The translations under genes and the position numbers were made by a program. From a virus (Duplodnaviria > Caudoviricetes): a stretch of 37,190 nt of DNA. Of this stretch, positions 33,208 through 37,190 are shown piece by piece; the stretch's first letter is position 1; each line of letters begins with the position of its first letter. The notes beneath the pieces were generated by a model, which was given only the letters and a program-made list of their open reading frames with translations, was not told where the DNA came from and did not search any database. The stretch spans positions 1 to 37,190 of IMG/VR virus record IMGVR_UViG_3300022173_000089, one strand, 5' to 3'.

Positions 33208-35734
33208 CTCGCCCAAGTGTATCGCCCAGTTGACCGCCGCCGCCGGCAAGCCGCTGAGCGCCGGAAAACTGCGGGCGATCGAAACCGAGTTGGACGCGAC
33301 GATGCGCGAACTTGCCCGGCGCGACAAGACGCGCTGGCGCACGCTGAGCCGCGACCAGCGCATGGCCGAAGCTGCGGCCGAGGCGATGAAGAACATCCAG
33401 GCCGAGGCGCAGCTGAAGGAGTACCGTGCCACGCTGCAAGCCCTGCGCGGCGGCGAGACGATGGAGCGCATCAGCGCGCAGCGCAGGATCAACGATCTGA
33501 CGCAGAGCCAGGCGCTTGTGCGCGACATCGAGCAGACCAGCCAGTACATCGACGCGGTGCGCAACGACACGATCAGCGGCTTGACCGACCTGCTTGACGC
33601 GGCCGACTCGAAGGACGGCACCGGCGTGCTGCGCAATCTGGCGATGCGCGTGTTCGACCTGGACAACCCGGCGATGACGGGCGACATCGTGCGCGAGGTC
33701 TTCAAACTGGCGGACGGGCATACTGGGAACCCGGCGGCGAAGGCTGCTGCCAAGGCGTGGCTCGACAGCATCGAGGCCATGCGCCAGCGCTTCAACGCGG
33801 CCGGCGGCAACGTGGGGAAGCTGGCCTACGGCTACCTGAGCCAAACGCATGACGCTGTGAAGGTATTCGAAGCCGGTGCCACGCGCTGGGCGGATACCGT
33901 GCTGCCGCTGCTGGACCGCGAACAGTACGTTCGCGCTGACGGCGCGCTGATGCTGGACGTCGAAGTTCGAGACCTGCTGATCGGCGCGCATGCAACGCTG
34001 GCCACCGGCGGCAAGAACAAGATCGAGCCAGGCCAGTTCACCGGCACCGGTGCGCGCGCAAATCGTGGGGCCGACCATCGGGTGCTGCACTTCAAGGACG
34101 GCGATTCCTGGATGGCCTACATGCGCGAGTTTGGCGAAGGCTCGCTCTACGATTCGATGATGGGGCACGTCGGCGGAATGGCGCGCGACATTGGCTTGGT
34201 GGAGCGCTACGGGCCGAACCCGGAGCAGCAATTCCGCGTGCAGAAGGACATCGCCGAGCGCGCGGACACCGCTGGCTCGATGGCCAACCGCGCTGCACTG
34301 CTGGTGAAGCCGGAGAGCGCGTGGAACGTGGTCAGCGGCAAGGCCGGCATGCCAGAGAACCGGGTCGCGGCGCAGATCGGCCAGGACGTTCGCAACGTGC
34401 AAACGGCGGCCAAGCTGGGCGGCGCCGTGCTGTCGAGCTTCACCGACGTGGGCACCATTGCCAGTTCGCTGCACTACAACCGGTTGCCGTACTTCGACAT
34501 GCTGGCGAACATCGGCCGGCAGATGACGCCGACGAATCGCGCGTGGCTGGCTGAGCATGGCGTGATCGGCGATGCGCTGGTGACGACGCTGAACCGCTGG
34601 ACCGGCGACAACATGACGCACAGCCTGACCGGGCGCGCGGCGAGCGCCGTGATGAAGCTGTCGCTGATGAACGCCTGGACCGATGGGCTTCGCGGCGCTT
34701 TCGCCCAAACCATGATGGGCGGGCTGGCGCGCATGGCGAAGAAGGATTGGGCCGGGCTCGACGGCTGGGACCGCTACCTGCTGGAACGCAAGGGCATCAC
34801 CGAACAGGACTGGGCGATCATCAGCAAGGCCGTGCCGGAGAAAGACCCGAGCGGCATTGACCGGCTGACGGCCGACGGCGTGCGCGCTACCGGTGCGGAT
34901 GGGGCAGAGCAGGTTGCCACAAAGCTGCTCGCCTTCGTGATCGACGAGTCGCAATTTGCGGTGGTGAACCCGGACGTGGCCACGCGCTCGATCGTGACCG
35001 GCGGCGGTCTGCCGACCGGCACTCTGAAGGGCGAGGCGATGCGCTCGTTCGCCCAGTTCAAGAGTTTCCCTATCGCGATGATGACGCGGCACTGGCGCCG
35101 GATCATGGAGACGCCGCAGGGCCTGGACGGCGCTCCGCTTGGGTTTGGCGGTGAGACGGTGGCCGCCGGCCGCGTGAACAAGGCCATGGGCATGGCCGCG
35201 CTGGCCACAACCGGCATGATGCTCGGCGCGATCGTGCTCCAAAATAAAGCACTCGTGCTGGGCAAAGACCCCTACGACATGACCGAGGGAAAGTTCTGGA
35301 TGCGCGCTCTGGCGCAGGGCGGCGGTCTGGGGTACCTGGGCGACCTGATCTTCAAAGACCCGACCGAGCAGCGCGGGAACACGGTCGAGCAGACGGTTGG
35401 AACGGTGCTCGGCCCGGCCGCCGGCGCGGCCGCCGGATTTGCCGGCGACATCGTGATCACGAATGCCTGGGAGGCTGCCAAGGGCAAGGACACCAAGATC
35501 GGCGCCGAGGCGCTGCGCTGGGCGAATTCGCAGTTGCCCGGGCAATCGCTATGGTGGTCGCGCGGGGTGTGGGAGCATGCGTTTCTGTTCCAGGCCCAGG
35601 AGGCGCTGAACCCTGGCTACCTCGCGCGCATGAAGCAGCGCGCGCAACGCGATTGGGGGCAGGGGTACTGGTGGGATCCTGCCGAGTTGACTCCGGATCG
35701 CGCGCCGGCATTTGGCAACATCACGGGGGATTGA
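33200..35734 (+). CDS. Large internal virion/ejection protein
   Basis: 844 aa with RFNAAGG..GYL.QTH, RVLHFKD, QFKSFP and QGGGLG motifs, as seen in epsilon15/BPP-1-like ejection proteins. Confidence 0.8.
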   Translation: MAISPKCIAQLTAAAGKPLSAGKLRAIETELDATMRELARRDKTRWRTLSRDQRMAEAAAEAMKNIQAEAQLKEYRATLQALRGGETMERISAQRRINDLTQSQALVRDIEQTSQYIDAVRNDTISGLTDLLDAADSKDGTGVLRNLAMRVFDLDNPAMTGDIVREVFKLADGHTGNPAAKAAAKAWLDSIEAMRQRFNAAGGNVGKLAYGYLSQTHDAVKVFEAGATRWADTVLPLLDREQYVRADGALMLDVEVRDLLIGAHATLATGGKNKIEPGQFTGTGARANRGADHRVLHFKDGDSWMAYMREFGEGSLYDSMMGHVGGMARDIGLVERYGPNPEQQFRVQKDIAERADTAGSMANRAALLVKPESAWNVVSGKAGMPENRVAAQIGQDVRNVQTAAKLGGAVLSSFTDVGTIASSLHYNRLPYFDMLANIGRQMTPTNRAWLAEHGVIGDALVTTLNRWTGDNMTHSLTGRAASAVMKLSLMNAWTDGLRGAFAQTMMGGLARMAKKDWAGLDGWDRYLLERKGITEQDWAIISKAVPEKDPSGIDRLTADGVRATGADGAEQVATKLLAFVIDESQFAVVNPDVATRSIVTGGGLPTGTLKGEAMRSFAQFKSFPIAMMTRHWRRIMETPQGLDGAPLGFGGETVAAGRVNKAMGMAALATTGMMLGAIVLQNKALVLGKDPYDMTEGKFWMRALAQGGGLGYLGDLIFKDPTEQRGNTVEQTVGTVLGPAAGAAAGFAGDIVITNAWEAAKGKDTKIGAEALRWANSQLPGQSLWWSRGVWEHAFLFQAQEALNPGYLARMKQRAQRDWGQGYWWDPAELTPDRAPAFGNITGD

Positions 35735-35736
35735 CC

Positions 35737-36114
35737 ATGAGGCAAGACCAGTACGAACGGCTCCAGGCGCTGGAGGAAACCATGCTCGACGTGTTCATCG
35801 AGGAGGCGACGCCAGCCGAGTGGCCAGGCCACGGCCTGCGCATTGCCGCGATGGACCCGCAGACGCGCGGTGATCGGTACTGGGCGAAAAAGAACGCTGC
35901 GGCGACTGGAATCCTGGTGAACCGCGTGGCCTGCATGATCGGCACGGCGCAGACCTTCGGCGGCACGACCCAGGCCGAGGGTGAAGCGGCCACGGCCGAG
36001 CGCCAGATGGACGCCGAAATCGCCAGCGCTGAACGCGAGGCCGAGCGGCTGATCCGTGACATGCAAAGCGGGGCGACGAAGCGAGCCTTCGACCGCAAGG
36101 TGCATGGGGCGTGA
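35737..36114 (+). CDS. Putative small terminase subunit
   Basis: 125 aa, immediately upstream of and overlapping terL. Confidence 0.6.
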   Translation: MRQDQYERLQALEETMLDVFIEEATPAEWPGHGLRIAAMDPQTRGDRYWAKKNAAATGILVNRVACMIGTAQTFGGTTQAEGEAATAERQMDAEIASAEREAERLIRDMQSGATKRAFDRKVHGA

Positions 36115-37190
36115 CGTTTCCTTCCTGACCTTCTTCCTTCTCTGGGCTCGGCTCCAGGGTTGGAAGGTTCCGCTGCTGCATGCGCGCATGTGCAAGTGGC
36201 TGGACGATTGCAAGCACCCCGAGCGCGTGCTGATGGTGTTTCGCGGCGCCGGCAAGTCGACGCTGTACGCGGTCTACAAGGCATATCGCCTCTACAAGAA
36301 CCACAGCCACCGGTCGCTTGTCTGGTCGGCCGACAACGATACGGCCGGCATGCTGACGGCGGACACGATCAACGTGCTGCGCAATCACCCGCTGACGCGT
36401 GGCATGTTGCCCACGAAGCCGGGCGCGAAGAAGTTCTGGGTGACCGGGGCGAGAGACGCGCGCAACGCCAGCATGCGCGCGGTGGGGGTAACGTCGAATG
36501 CCACCGGCGCTCGCGCTGACGACGTGGACTTCGACGACATCGAAGTGCCTGGCAACATCGAGACTCCCGAGGCGCGACTTAAGCTGCGCCAGCGCATCAG
36601 CGAATCGACGCACATCGCGGTCCCGGGAGCCCAAAAGACCTACCTCGGCACGCCGCACACTCACGATTCGATCTACCCGGAAACAATCGCCGCAGGGGCC
36701 GCCGTGCTGAAGATTCCCCTGTTCGAGCACTCGGTTCGCTACAAGGACACGAAGGAGCGCGTGCGGTACGCCTTCGATCATACGGTGCGCTCGGATGGCC
36801 TGTACGTGATGGCCGGCATTGGCACCGGCGCGCGGCTCATGGTCGATGGACTGGATTACCGCTTCGTCGGCGGCGAGATTGTTTTCGCGGTTCCGCCCGG
36901 CGTGGTGATCGACATCTGCTCAGGATGCGCCTGGCCGGACCGCTTCACGCGCGCCGAGGTCGAGACCCGCCGCAGGCAGACTCGCACCCTCAACGCATGG
37001 GACAGCCAGTACATGCTTGAGGCCAAGCCGATCAGCGAAATCAGGCTCGACCCGGCGAGCATCCAGGCCTACGACTGCGAGCCGCGTTTCCTGATCGCCA
37101 ACAAGACGCTGACGATGTGGCTGGGCTCGGTGCAGATCGTCGGCATGGCTCTGCGCTGGGACCCATCGAGCGGCAAGCTCAAGAGCGACG
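36104..37190 (+). CDS. terL: Large terminase, N-terminal ATPase part (runs off the end and continues at position 1)
   Basis: Manual translation gives Walker A FRGAGKST, TGARAD, Walker B-like VDFDDIE and LGTPH. Absent from the ORF track because no stop precedes the window end. Confidence 0.9.
   Translation, partial: MGRDVSFLTFFLLWARLQGWKVPLLHARMCKWLDDCKHPERVLMVFRGAGKSTLYAVYKAYRLYKNHSHRSLVWSADNDTAGMLTADTINVLRNHPLTRGMLPTKPGAKKFWVTGARDARNASMRAVGVTSNATGARADDVDFDDIEVPGNIETPEARLKLRQRISESTHIAVPGAQKTYLGTPHTHDSIYPETIAAGAAVLKIPLFEHSVRYKDTKERVRYAFDHTVRSDGLYVMAGIGTGARLMVDGLDYRFVGGEIVFAVPPGVVIDICSGCAWPDRFTRAEVETRRRQTRTLNAWDSQYMLEAKPISEIRLDPASIQAYDCEPRFLIANKTLTMWLGSVQIVGMALRWDPSSGKLKSD
37064..37190. repeat. 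Second copy of the 127-bp terminal overlap
   Basis: Identical to 1-127. Confidence 0.95.

Noticed and set aside
37064-37190. Terminal repeat as a biological direct terminal repeat
   Set aside because: It is exactly 127 bp and falls mid-terL, which fits an assembler overlap on a circular contig rather than a packaged genome end.

Overview
This window appears to be a complete, circularly permuted, GC-rich podovirus-type phage genome of 37,063 bp; bases 37064-37190 repeat bases 1-127, and the large terminase gene runs across that join. The late genes encode a GNAT protein, a T7 gp8/BPP-1-like portal, scaffold, capsid, cement, tail adaptor, nozzle, four probable ejection proteins, TerS/TerL, a tailspike and lysis functions. 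A leftward early arm carries a RecE-like nuclease, a putative annealing protein and a C5-methylase-like gene. A rightward arm carries a RepA/AAA_25 helicase, a GIY-YIG protein, a GGGACAT iteron cluster, a truncated H-NS and a RuvC-like resolvase. I recognised no integrase, CI repressor, polymerase or reverse transcriptase. The most striking feature is an integron-like gene cassette array at 10309-12014. It has four canonical attC hairpins, one decayed attC and one attI-like site, all on the minus strand, while every cassette ORF is on the plus strand and no IntI is encoded. Other notable features are a near-consensus parS palindrome inside an ejection-protein gene, a five-gene fibre/adhesin module between portal and scaffold, and a tandem structured leader ahead of the capsid gene. 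All protein calls are from motif recognition and synteny, not database searches.
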